Origin: Corallococcus sp. RDP092CA
GTDB lineage: Bacteria; Myxococcota; Myxococcia; Myxococcales; Myxococcaceae
NCBI RefSeq assembly: GCF_041903675.1
Contig: NZ_JAYESI010000001.1
Coordinates: forward strand, 1-32,642
Reading direction: 5' to 3'
DNA length: 32,642 bases
Shown here one piece after another: positions 16,249-24,805 of the stretch; within the stretch, counting starts at the first letter, position 1; every line of letters starts with the position of its first letter. The position numbers and the translations under genes were made by a program. The notes beneath the pieces are model-generated. The model saw only the letters and a program-made list of their open reading frames with translations, ran no database searches and was not told the DNA's origin.

Positions 16249-17007
16249 ATGTCCCGCATCACTTCCTCCTGCTTCCTCGCGTTCGCGCTCGCATCGGCGG
16301 GCTGCGCGCACGTCCCCACGGAGAAGGAGCGCCGGAGCTCGGAGATCCACTACGACCTGGGCGTGCAGGCCCAGCAGCACGGCGCGGTGCAGGACGCGCT
16401 CGCGGAGTACCAGAAAGCGCTGGAGCAGAACCCGGGCAACGCGGAGGCCCACAACGCGGTGGGCCTGCTGCTGCACCTGTCCTTCCGCCGGCTCGACGAG
16501 GCGGCGTCCCACTACGACAAGGCGCTGGAGCTGCGGCCGACCTTCTCCGAAGCGCGCACCAACCTGGGCAACCTGCGCCTGGACCAGGGGCGCTACGACG
16601 ACGCCATCAAGCTGTACGAGGAGTCGCTCAACGACATGCAGTACCGCTACGGCTTCTCCGCGCAGGGGAACCTGGGCTGGGCGCTCTACAAGAAGGGCGA
16701 CACGGCGAACGCGGTGCAGAACATCAAGGCCGCCGTCACCACCAACCCGGAGTTCTGCCTGGGCTACAAGAACCTGGGCATCATCTACGACGAGACGGGC
16801 AAGACGGAGGAGGCGTGCCGGCAGTTCGCCCACTACCGTGAGAAGTGCCCGGACGTGGCGGAGGCCTACCAGCGCGAAGGCGTGTGCCAGGCGAAGCTCG
16901 GGCGGGTGGAGGAGGCGAAGAAGGCGTTCGCGAGCTGCGAGTCCAAGGCCCAGGCGAACGAGTCCGAGCTCAAGGACCACTGCCGCTCACTGCTGGACCA
17001 CCTCTAG
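16249..17007 (+). CDS. tgl: TPR-repeat outer-membrane lipoprotein, Tgl-like (type IV pilus secretin pilotin family)
   Basis: MSRITSSCFLAFALASAGC has a lipobox (LASAGC) and a signal peptidase II site. The rest is tandem TPR-like repeats (AEYQKALEQNPGNAEAHNAVGLL...YDKALELRPTFSEARTNLGNL...). The size (about 27 kDa precursor), lipoprotein nature and TPR content match M. xanthus Tgl. The symbol rests on recollection of the tgl locus lying shortly after rpoBC, not on a search. Confidence 0.7.
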   Translation: MSRITSSCFLAFALASAGCAHVPTEKERRSSEIHYDLGVQAQQHGAVQDALAEYQKALEQNPGNAEAHNAVGLLLHLSFRRLDEAASHYDKALELRPTFSEARTNLGNLRLDQGRYDDAIKLYEESLNDMQYRYGFSAQGNLGWALYKKGDTANAVQNIKAAVTTNPEFCLGYKNLGIIYDETGKTEEACRQFAHYREKCPDVAEAYQREGVCQAKLGRVEEAKKAFASCESKAQANESELKDHCRSLLDHL

Positions 17008-17027
17008 CCGCGGGACCCCGAAAGACC

Positions 17028-17414
17028 GTGGACCACGTCGACTTCGGCAAATACCTCAGCCAGCAGCGCGAGCTTCGCGGCCTGTCGCGCGAGGACGTCT
17101 CCCGGGAGACGAAGATTCCCCCCAGCCTCGTCGCCGCGCTGGAGGCGGGGCAGGTGGAGCGGCTGCCCGAGCGCGTGTTCGTGCTCAACTACATCCGCGC
17201 GTACGCGCAGGTCATCGGCCTGTCGCCAGAGGAGGCGGCGCTGCGCTACGAAGAGGTGGACCGGGCGGTGCCCGCGCCTTCGCCGGCGCAGCTGGAGCAG
17301 GCGCGGCGCAAGCGGGCGTACCTCATCCTGGCCATCCTCCTGGCGGTCGTGCTCCTGGGCGCGGGCCTGTTCCTGGTGCTGTCCGGGAAGCTCCCGCCCC
17401 CGGCCGCGCGTTGA
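17028..17414 (+). CDS. HTH (XRE-type) domain protein with C-terminal transmembrane helix (RodZ N-terminal-like)
   Basis: GTG 17028 is the first plausible start. There is no in-frame ATG, and the upstream in-frame region overlaps the tgl-like CDS. The HTH reads VDHVDFGKYLSQQRELRGLSREDVSRETKIPPSLVAALEAGQVERLP and the TM segment AYLILAILLAVVLLGAGLFLVLSG. Confidence 0.5.
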   Translation: MDHVDFGKYLSQQRELRGLSREDVSRETKIPPSLVAALEAGQVERLPERVFVLNYIRAYAQVIGLSPEEAALRYEEVDRAVPAPSPAQLEQARRKRAYLILAILLAVVLLGAGLFLVLSGKLPPPAAR

Positions 17415-17423
17415 AGAGGGATC

Positions 17424-18158
17424 ATGGAGCGGTACGCCGACGACGCGTTCGTGCTGTCCACGGTGGACTATGGTGAGTCCGACCGGCTGGTGACGCTGCT
17501 CACGCGTGAGCACGGCAAGCAGACCGCGTTCGCCGCGGGCGCGCGCAAGAGCAAGCGCCGTTTCGCGGGGGCGCTGGAGCCGTTCATGCGGCTGCGCGTG
17601 CAGCTCGTGGAGACGCGCGGCAGCACGGTGCGGCTGGACTCCGCGGACATCGTCGCGGGCTTCTATGCCGCGCGCGAGGACCTGTCGCTCATCGCCCGGG
17701 CGCTGTACTCCGTGGAGCTGTGCCGCGAGCTCACGCGCGACCATGAGCCGCACCCGGAGCTGTTCGAGCTGGTGGAGGGCTACCTTCACCGGCTGGACGC
17801 GAAGGAGGCCGGGCCCACGTCGCTGCTGGCGTTCGAGCTGGCGGCGCTGGCGCAGGCGGGGTTGATGCCGCGCTTCGACTCCTGCTCGCTGTGCGGCGGT
17901 CTGCCCGGCGAGCGGCCCCGGTTCGACCAGGGCCACGGCGGCGCGGTGTGTGAGCCGTGCGGTGGACGCGCGCGCGACTCGGTGCCCGTGCCGGTGGCGC
18001 TGCTGGCGGGGCTGCGTTCGCTCCAGGAGGGTCAGCGCACGCCGCTGCCCGCGGACCTCCGCGCGCGGGCGCGGGGGCTGCTCAACGTCTTCATCGCGCA
18101 CCACGTGGGCCGCAAGCTCAAGAGCGTGGACTTCATGGCGCAGGTGGGCCTGGACTGA
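17424..18158 (+). CDS. recO: DNA repair protein RecO
   Basis: The N-terminal OB fold reads MERYADDAFVLSTVDYGESDRLVTLLTREHGKQTAFAAGARKSKRRFAGALEPF. The C-terminal zinc motif is CSLCGG...CEPCGG. 244 aa. Confidence 0.88.
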   Translation: MERYADDAFVLSTVDYGESDRLVTLLTREHGKQTAFAAGARKSKRRFAGALEPFMRLRVQLVETRGSTVRLDSADIVAGFYAAREDLSLIARALYSVELCRELTRDHEPHPELFELVEGYLHRLDAKEAGPTSLLAFELAALAQAGLMPRFDSCSLCGGLPGERPRFDQGHGGAVCEPCGGRARDSVPVPVALLAGLRSLQEGQRTPLPADLRARARGLLNVFIAHHVGRKLKSVDFMAQVGLD

Positions 18159-18188
18159 CGGGCAGCGCGGTCCCCAGGGGGAAGGGTC

Positions 18189-19202
18189 ATGCACGAAGCC
18201 GGGCCGCTGGACGTGGTGTGTGTCGGCGAGACGCTGGTGGACTTCCTCCCCGTGGCTGGCGGCGCCACGCGCGTTCGGGACGTGGAGGCGTGGAAGCCGT
18301 CTCCGGGGGGCTCTCCGGCCAATGTCTCCGTGGGGCTCGCGCGGCTGGGGCTGCGCTCGGCGATGGTGGGCGTGGTGGGCTCCGACGAGTTCGGCCACTT
18401 CCTGCGCGACCGGCTGGCGGCGGAGGGCGTGGACGTGAGCCGCTTGCGTCAGGTGGACCACGCGCGCACCGGCCTGCTGTTCGTCTCGCTGGATGCGCAC
18501 GGTGAGCGCAGCTTCACGTACTTCCGGACGCGCTCGGCGGAGTTCCTGCTGGACGACTCCGACGTGGATGGCGACTTCGTGCGGCGTGCGAAGGTGCTGC
18601 ACTGCGGCTCCAACTCCCTGCTCCTGCCAGAGGCGCGCGAGGCCATGGTGCGCCTGCTCACCCTGGCACGCGAGGCCGGGATGCTGGTGAGCTGTGATCC
18701 GAACCTGCGGCTGCATATGTGGACGCGGCCCGAGGAGCTTCAAGCCCTCCTGGGCCGCATGCTCCCGCTGTGCACGGTGGTGAAGCTGTCCGAGGAGGAG
18801 ATCCACTTCGCGACCGGCGAGCACTCGCCGGAAGCGGCCCTGCAGGTCCTGGCCGCCCAGGGCGTGCGGCTGCCCGTGGTGACGCTGGGGCCGCGCGGGG
18901 CGGTGTTCCTCTGGCGGGGCGAGGTCCTCTCCGTTCCCGCGCCCCAGGTGACGGTGGTGGACACGACGGGCGCCGGTGACGGCTTCGTGTCCGCGATGTT
19001 GAGCGGGCTGGTGCGCGGCCATGGCGGCGCGCGTGCACTGGAGGGCGCGACGCGCGAGGACCTGGTCGCGCTGATGACCTTCGCCGCGGGGGTGGGGGCC
19101 CGGGTGGTGACGAAGCTGGGCGCGGTGGCGGCGCTCCCGCTGGCGTCCGAAGTGGAGGGGCTGTTGCCCGAAGGACCCGCCGCGCGTCGCATCGCGCGCT
19201 GA
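18189..19202 (+). CDS. PfkB-family carbohydrate/nucleoside kinase (ribokinase superfamily)
   Basis: The N-terminal GG motif region reads VVCVGETLVDFLP...PGGSPANVSVGLARLG. The C-terminal anion-hole/ATP motif is DTTGAGDGFVSAMLSGL. 337 aa, with SD GGGGGAAGGG upstream. Confidence 0.85.
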   Translation: MHEAGPLDVVCVGETLVDFLPVAGGATRVRDVEAWKPSPGGSPANVSVGLARLGLRSAMVGVVGSDEFGHFLRDRLAAEGVDVSRLRQVDHARTGLLFVSLDAHGERSFTYFRTRSAEFLLDDSDVDGDFVRRAKVLHCGSNSLLLPEAREAMVRLLTLAREAGMLVSCDPNLRLHMWTRPEELQALLGRMLPLCTVVKLSEEEIHFATGEHSPEAALQVLAAQGVRLPVVTLGPRGAVFLWRGEVLSVPAPQVTVVDTTGAGDGFVSAMLSGLVRGHGGARALEGATREDLVALMTFAAGVGARVVTKLGAVAALPLASEVEGLLPEGPAARRIAR

Positions 19203-19280
19203 CGGGGAGCACCGGCCAGGGTCAGGCTCGCATGCTTCGCCGCGTCCTGCGTGGCCCGCCATCCCATCCAGGAGGGACCG

Positions 19281-20567
19281 ATGAGCGACACGCGTGAGAG
19301 CGCTTCTTCCACCCCGGCGCGGGTCCGTGGGCTGGAGCAGATCGACCGGCTGTCCGTGCCGCTGCCGCATGGTACCGAGGTCACGACGCGCGTGGAGCGC
19401 GTGGCGTCCGGCCGCCGCATTCCCCAGGGCGTGGTGGGCCGCGTGGTGCGCGCGCATGATGGCGGCTTCGACGTCCAGATCGTCGGGGTGGGCGAGGTGT
19501 GGTTCGCGCGCGACGAGCTCGTGCCCCGGCGGATGGGGCAGGTGCAGTTCGCCCAGCGGCGCGAGGCGGCCTGGAGCGCGCTGCGGCCGTGCGTGGTGCT
19601 GGAGACGCGCGTGGGCAGTCACGCCTGGGGGCTCGCGGACGAGCGCTCCGATGTGGACGTGCGCGGCGTGTTCGCGCTGCCGCTGCCGTGGACGCTGGGC
19701 CTGGGGCAGCCCCCGCAGGACCTGGTGAGCGCGGATGGCAGCACCACGTACTGGGAGGTCCGCAAGGCGGTGGAGCAGGCGCTGCGCGCGGATCCGAACA
19801 CGCTGGAGACCCTCTTCGTCCCCGGCGTGAAGCCGCTGGACGAGCTGGGCGCGTGGGTGCTGGAGGTGCGCGAGGCGTTCGTCTCCAAGGCCATCTTCGG
19901 CAGCTTCGGACGCTATGCCATGAGCCAGCTCGACAAGCTCACCCGCAGCCAGCGGCTGGCCGAGCACCGCGACCTGCTGCTCGCGTGGCTGTGCGAGGAG
20001 CCCACGCCGGACCTGGACGAGGTGGCCCGGCGCCTGGCCGCCGTGTCGCCCCGCGCCGCGCCCACGCCCGAGGACGCGGTGCTCGCGGCGAAGACGTACG
20101 TCAAGCAACTCTACCGCTCGCTCTGGGACCAGGGACTGCTCGCGTCGAATGACCTCGCCGCGCTCACGGCATACGCGCGCGGCGGGGGCCAGCGTCCCCC
20201 GTCCGCGCGGGAGCTGCGACCGAAGAACGCCTACAACCTGCTGCGGCTGGTGGCGCTGGCGACGGGCTGGCTGCGCGACGGCGTGCCCACCTTCGAGGCG
20301 ACGGGGGCGCTGAAGGCCCGGCTGCTCGACATCAAGCGTGGACAGGTGCCACTGAAGGACGTGCTGCGCGACGCCGAGGCGATGGCGCCAGCGCTGGAGG
20401 CCGCGCACCGGGAGAGCCGGCTGCCGGAACATCCGGACCATGCCCGCGCGGATCGGCTGCTGCGACGCGTGGGAGGGGAGGTGGCGCGGCGCTGGGTCTT
20501 GCAGACGCCCGGACCGCTGGGCCGTGACGCGCCGGAGGCTCCGGCGCTGGAAGGAGGGATGGAATGA
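19281..20567 (+). CDS. RlaP/COG3541-type predicted nucleotidyltransferase (Pol-beta superfamily) with extra N-terminal small beta-barrel-like domain
   Basis: ATG 19281 lies 5 nt after the strong SD AGGAGGGA. The ORF-track start 19251 is a 10-codon upstream extension. The Pol-beta NTase signature is LETRVGSHAWGLADERSDVDVRGVF (G-S...D-x-D). A C-terminal helical region (RPKNAYNLLRLVALATGWLRDGVPTFEA) is typical of PF10127-like proteins. 428 aa. Confidence 0.7.
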   Translation: MSDTRESASSTPARVRGLEQIDRLSVPLPHGTEVTTRVERVASGRRIPQGVVGRVVRAHDGGFDVQIVGVGEVWFARDELVPRRMGQVQFAQRREAAWSALRPCVVLETRVGSHAWGLADERSDVDVRGVFALPLPWTLGLGQPPQDLVSADGSTTYWEVRKAVEQALRADPNTLETLFVPGVKPLDELGAWVLEVREAFVSKAIFGSFGRYAMSQLDKLTRSQRLAEHRDLLLAWLCEEPTPDLDEVARRLAAVSPRAAPTPEDAVLAAKTYVKQLYRSLWDQGLLASNDLAALTAYARGGGQRPPSARELRPKNAYNLLRLVALATGWLRDGVPTFEATGALKARLLDIKRGQVPLKDVLRDAEAMAPALEAAHRESRLPEHPDHARADRLLRRVGGEVARRWVLQTPGPLGRDAPEAPALEGGME

Positions 20568-21352
20568 AGGGCAGGCTGACGGAACATCAGGAGCGGATGG
20601 CGGACCGCGTGCTGGACGCCGAGTCCCTCGCGCGCGAACACCTGGTCATCTCGCTGTCCGGCGCGCATGCGTACGGGTTCCCGTCGCACGACAGCGACCT
20701 GGACCTCAAGGCCATCCACATGGCGCCCACCGCCGCGCTCCTCGGCCTCCAGCCGCGGCACGTGCCGGCGGAGCGGATGGAGGTGCTGGAGGGCGTGGAG
20801 GTGGACTACTCGTCCAACGAGTTGCAGCCCGTACTGCTGGGCATCCTCCAGGGCAACGGCAACTACATCGAGCGGGTGCTGGGGGCCATCACCGTGCGGG
20901 CCCTGCCGGAGCTGGAGACGCTGCGGCCCCGGGTGCGGGCCGTGCTGTCGCGGCGCATCCACCGGCACTACCGCGGCTTCGCGCAGGGACAGCTGCGTGA
21001 ATGGGAGAAGGGTGGCTTCCGCTCCGTGAAGAAGCTGCTGTACGTGCTGCGCACCACGCTCACCGGGGCGCATGCGCTGCGCACGGGCGAAGTGGAGACG
21101 GATGTCACCGTCCTGCTGGAGCCGTATGGCTTTGGCGGGGCCCACGCGCTGGTGGAGCGCAAGCAGTGTGGCGAGCGCATCGAGCTGGACGACGCGCTTA
21201 GCGAGCAGTGGCAGGGCGAGGTGACGCGCGCGTTCGCGGTGCTCGATGCGGCGGACGCGGCCTCCGTGTTGCCCCTGGAGCCACAACCGTCGGCCGTGGC
21301 CGCGCTCGAGGGCTGGATGCTCGACGTGCGGCGCCAGCGGTTCGGCGCCTAA
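20564..21352 (+). CDS. RlaP/COG3541-type predicted nucleotidyltransferase (second, paralogous copy)
   Basis: The ATG overlaps the upstream TGA as ATGA (translational coupling). The signature is ISLSGAHAYGFPSHDSDLDLKAIH, and the conserved helical motif VKKLLYVLRTTLTGAHALRTGEVETDV is present. 262 aa. Confidence 0.7.
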   Translation: MKGRLTEHQERMADRVLDAESLAREHLVISLSGAHAYGFPSHDSDLDLKAIHMAPTAALLGLQPRHVPAERMEVLEGVEVDYSSNELQPVLLGILQGNGNYIERVLGAITVRALPELETLRPRVRAVLSRRIHRHYRGFAQGQLREWEKGGFRSVKKLLYVLRTTLTGAHALRTGEVETDVTVLLEPYGFGGAHALVERKQCGERIELDDALSEQWQGEVTRAFAVLDAADAASVLPLEPQPSAVAALEGWMLDVRRQRFGA

Positions 21353-21422
21353 ACCGCTTTCCCGGGGCTCCTGGCTCCGGGCGGCCGGCCGAGGGGAAAG
21401 ACGAACATCGACCTGGGAGGGC

Positions 21423-23723
21423 ATGGCGGGTAACATCCGCCCCGCCATGAGCACGCAGGGAGGCGCCGGAGAAGATCCCGACCGGGGGCGGCGCATCGGA
21501 AAGTACGAGATCCTCACCCGACTCTCCATGGGAGGGATGGCGGAGCTGTTCCTCGCGTACACCTCCGGCCCCGGTGGCTTCCGCAAGTTCGTGGCGGTGA
21601 AGCAGATCCTCCCCGACATCAAGAAGGACGACCAGTTCGTCAAGATGTTCCTCGACGAGGCGCGCATCACCGCGGCCTTCTCGCACGCGAACATCGGGCA
21701 GGTGTTCGACCTGGGCGAGGAGGACGGCGAGCTGTACCTCGCCATGGAGTTCCTGCCCGGCCAGAACCTGGAGCAGGTGGTGAAGATGGCGGCGCGGCGC
21801 AACTACACGCTGCCGCTGGGCTTCAGCGCGCGCGTGATGCGCGACACGTGCCTGGGCCTGCACTACGCCCACCACTTCATGGATCCGTCGGGCCGCCCCG
21901 TGGCGGTGGTGCACCGCGACGTGTCCCCGAAGAACGTGATGATCACCTACGACGGCGTCGTGAAGGTGATCGACTTCGGCATTGCCAAGGCGCGCGGCAA
22001 GCTGGGGCGCACGCAGGTGGGCACCGTGAAGGGGACCAGCGGGTACATGTCCCCGGAGCAGGTGCGCAACAAGGACCTGGATGGCCGCAGCGACCAGTTC
22101 TCCACGGGCGTGATGTTCCACGAGCTGCTGGCCGGCCAGCGCCTGTTCAACGCTCCGGGCGAGGCCGCCGTGATGATGCAGATCGTGGACGGGGAGATCC
22201 CCGCGCCGCGCTCGCTCAACCCGGCCGTGTCGGAGGCCCTGGACGCGGTGGTGCTCAAGTCGCTGTCGCGCGACTCGGCCCAGCGCTTCGGCACGTGCCG
22301 GGAGATGGCGCGCGCCATCGAGGCCTCGCTGGGCGCCGAGCTGTTCGACGAAGATCAGATGGCCGCCATCATGGGCGAGCTCTTCGAGGAGAAGCGCCAG
22401 AAGACACGCACGCTCCTGGAGCTGGCCAGCCGCGCGGAGGACGCCCGCGTCAGCGAGGCCGCTGGCGCGCTCCACGTGGAGGAGGGCGGTGAGCAGGCTT
22501 CCGCAGAGCCCACCGCGCAGGTGAAGTCGCCGCCCGCGGACGTCGCGCCGTCCTTCAAGCCGACCCCCGTCCGCCGCACTGCGACCGAGTCCACGACGCC
22601 CGCCCCGCGCGCCACTCCGCGCCCCGCCATGGAGGCCGCCGAGGCCCGCGCCTCGCGCGTCAATACGCCCACCGTGGCGCCGCGATCGCAGCGTCCCTCG
22701 GGCGCTGATTCGGCATCGGTTCCGCGGGTGGTCCGCCCTCCCGCTGACGCCGTGCGGCCCTCTCGGGCTCGCCCCAGTGCGCGGCCCGAACCCTCCGAAG
22801 CGCGTGGTGCGTCCCAGTCCGAAGGGCTGATGGATCCGCCCAGCGAGCTCCAGACCCAGCGCTTCAAGACCCGCCCCGCGCGGAGCTCCACCCGGACCCC
22901 GCGTCACGCGGAGGAGGCGGAGGTCGCCGAATCAGCGGCTCCGGCCCCGCCCGCCCGTGAAGGCTCCGGCTGGGGCATGCGGCTGTTCCTGCTCCTCCTC
23001 CTGGGCGGCGTGGCCTACCTGGCGACGCTGGAGCCCGTGCGCCGCGTGTTCATGCCGGCGTACGAGTCCGCGAAGCAGTGGGTGCAGGCGGAGCTGGATC
23101 CACCTCCGCCCGTGGACCCCGCCGCGAACGGGCAGTGGCCGCCCAAGCCCTCTGGTCCGCCTCCGGGCTTCGCCCAGAAGCCCGCCCCCGAGCCCGAGAA
23201 GGCGCCGGAGGTGGAGCCGTCGCCTCCGCCCGAACCCGAGGTGGAGCCGGTCGTCGCCGACGCGAAGAAGACGCCCGCGGGCAAGGGGGCGCGCAAGGCG
23301 AAGCCGGCCGCTCCCAGCGTTCAGCCCGCCTCGGTGGACAAGCCCGCAGTGGACAGCCCGGTGGTGGCGAAGGCGGACCCGCGCCCCGCGAAGCCCGCGG
23401 CCCCTGAGCCGGTCACCACCGTCACGCAGGAGGAGAACCCGGAGGTGCTCGACACGACCACCTCGAAGGGCGCCGCGAAGGCGGGCCTGGGCTGGCTCAC
23501 GCTCTACACGGTGCCGAAGAACGCGGCCGTGTTCGACGGCGCCACGCAGCTGGGCACGTCCCCCCTGATCAAGTTCCCGCTCCCCGTGGGCACCTACCGC
23601 CTGCGCGTGGTGGACCCGCAGGACCCCGGCGGAACGAGCAAGCTGTTGTCCGCTCCCGTCCGTCCCGGCGAGGTGACGAAGCTGCAGATTCGACTGGCCG
23701 ACCTCCCGGCCTACGCGGACTGA
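21423..23723 (+). CDS. Membrane Ser/Thr protein kinase (Hanks-type) with Pro-rich linker, TM helix and periplasmic PEGA-like domain
   Basis: Kinase subdomains are present: I-II (IGKYEILTRLSMGGMAELFLA...FVAVKQI), VIb (VVHRDVSPKNVMI), VII (DFGIAK) and VIII (GTSGYMSPEQ). A long low-complexity Pro/Ala/Glu region follows, then a TM helix (MRLFLLLLLGGVAYLATL), more Pro-rich sequence and a C-terminal PEGA-like beta domain (GTYRLRVVDPQD...VTKLQIRL). ATG 21423 is chosen over the ORF-track start 21246. ATG 21447 is an alternative. Confidence 0.78.
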   Translation: MAGNIRPAMSTQGGAGEDPDRGRRIGKYEILTRLSMGGMAELFLAYTSGPGGFRKFVAVKQILPDIKKDDQFVKMFLDEARITAAFSHANIGQVFDLGEEDGELYLAMEFLPGQNLEQVVKMAARRNYTLPLGFSARVMRDTCLGLHYAHHFMDPSGRPVAVVHRDVSPKNVMITYDGVVKVIDFGIAKARGKLGRTQVGTVKGTSGYMSPEQVRNKDLDGRSDQFSTGVMFHELLAGQRLFNAPGEAAVMMQIVDGEIPAPRSLNPAVSEALDAVVLKSLSRDSAQRFGTCREMARAIEASLGAELFDEDQMAAIMGELFEEKRQKTRTLLELASRAEDARVSEAAGALHVEEGGEQASAEPTAQVKSPPADVAPSFKPTPVRRTATESTTPAPRATPRPAMEAAEARASRVNTPTVAPRSQRPSGADSASVPRVVRPPADAVRPSRARPSARPEPSEARGASQSEGLMDPPSELQTQRFKTRPARSSTRTPRHAEEAEVAESAAPAPPAREGSGWGMRLFLLLLLGGVAYLATLEPVRRVFMPAYESAKQWVQAELDPPPPVDPAANGQWPPKPSGPPPGFAQKPAPEPEKAPEVEPSPPPEPEVEPVVADAKKTPAGKGARKAKPAAPSVQPASVDKPAVDSPVVAKADPRPAKPAAPEPVTTVTQEENPEVLDTTTSKGAAKAGLGWLTLYTVPKNAAVFDGATQLGTSPLIKFPLPVGTYRLRVVDPQDPGGTSKLLSAPVRPGEVTKLQIRLADLPAYAD

Positions 23724-23812
23724 CCGCCGTCCTTGACGCTCCAGGACCCCCTCACTAGGGTCCGCCGCGTTCCGCCTTCGCCTTCGACGCACTGCGAGAA
23801 GGACTCGCCAAC

Positions 23813-24805
23813 ATGTATTTCCAGGACCTCATCCTCACGCTCCAGAAGCACTGGGCCGACCAGGGATGCATCGTCACCCAGTCGTACGACACGGAAGTCG
23901 GCGCGGGCACGATGGCCCCGTACACGTTCCTGCGCGCGCTCGGTCCCGAGCCGTGGAACGTCGCCTACGTGCAGCCCTCGCGGCGCCCCGCGGACGGCCG
24001 CTTCGGTGAGAACCCGAACCGCCTGTTCCAGCACCACCAGTTCCAGGTCATCCTCAAGCCCGCGCCCAAGAACGTCCAGGAGCTCTACCTGGAGTCGCTG
24101 CGGAAGATCGGGATGGATCCGCTGGAGCACGACATCCGCTTCGTCGAGGACGACTGGGAGTCCCCCACGCTGGGCGCCTGGGGCCTGGGCTGGGAGGTGT
24201 GGTGTGACGGGATGGAGGTGACGCAGTTCACCTACTTCCAGCAGTGCGGCGGCTTCGACTGCCGCCCCGTGGCCGCGGAGCTGACGTACGGGCTCGAGCG
24301 CCTGGCCATGTACCTGCAGAACGTGGAGAACGTCTTCGACATCGAGTGGGTCAAGGGCGTGAAGTACCGCGAGGTGTTCCACGCGAACGAAGTGGAGATG
24401 AGCAGGTACGCCCTCCACGAGTCCGACCCGCAGATGCTCTTCGCGATGTTCGACGCGTACGAGAAGGAGTGCAAGCGGCTCATCGAGCGCCACCTGCCGC
24501 TGCCCGCGTACGACTACGCGCTGAAGTGCTCGCACACGTTCAACCTGCTGGACGCGCGCGGCGCCATCTCCGTCACCGAGCGCGCCAACTTCATCAAGCG
24601 CGTGCGTGACAACGCGCGCCTGTGCGCGGAGGGCTACCTCCAGATGCGCGAGCGGCTGGGCTTCCCGCTGACGAAGACGCCGTGGACGGTGGGCGAGCAG
24701 CCGCCGGTGCTGGAGGGCAGGCCCGCCAGCGACTACTGGAAGACGGTGCAGCTGAACAAGCCGGTGGAGAAGAAGGAGAAGGCGGAGGTGTCCCGTGGCG
24801 CGTGA
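23813..24805 (+). CDS. glyQ: Glycine--tRNA ligase alpha subunit
   Basis: [83 protein letters not shown] is the hallmark GlyQ sequence. Confidence 0.95.
   Translation: MYFQDLILTLQKHWADQGCIVTQSYDTEVGAGTMAPYTFLRALGPEPWNVAYVQPSRRPADGRFGENPNRLFQHHQFQVILKPAPKNVQELYLESLRKIGMDPLEHDIRFVEDDWESPTLGAWGLGWEVWCDGMEVTQFTYFQQCGGFDCRPVAAELTYGLERLAMYLQNVENVFDIEWVKGVKYREVFHANEVEMSRYALHESDPQMLFAMFDAYEKECKRLIERHLPLPAYDYALKCSHTFNLLDARGAISVTERANFIKRVRDNARLCAEGYLQMRERLGFPLTKTPWTVGEQPPVLEGRPASDYWKTVQLNKPVEKKEKAEVSRGA

Noticed and set aside
19281-21352. Possibility that the tandem nucleotidyltransferases are a CBASS (CD-NTase) or AbiE/MNT-HEPN-type defence system
   Set aside because: No effector (phospholipase, TM, endonuclease), Cap2/Cap3 or HEPN partner is adjacent. 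The proteins are too large for MNT and show the COG3541/RlaP C-terminal module, not the cGAS/DncV fold. Kept as a finding under the RlaP interpretation.
22500-23460. Apparent nucleotide-level repetitiveness (GAGCC/CCGCC-rich) in the STK gene
   Set aside because: It reflects the Pro/Ala/Glu-rich low-complexity linker coding sequence, not a CRISPR array, VNTR or mobile repeat. There is no regular spacer-repeat periodicity.
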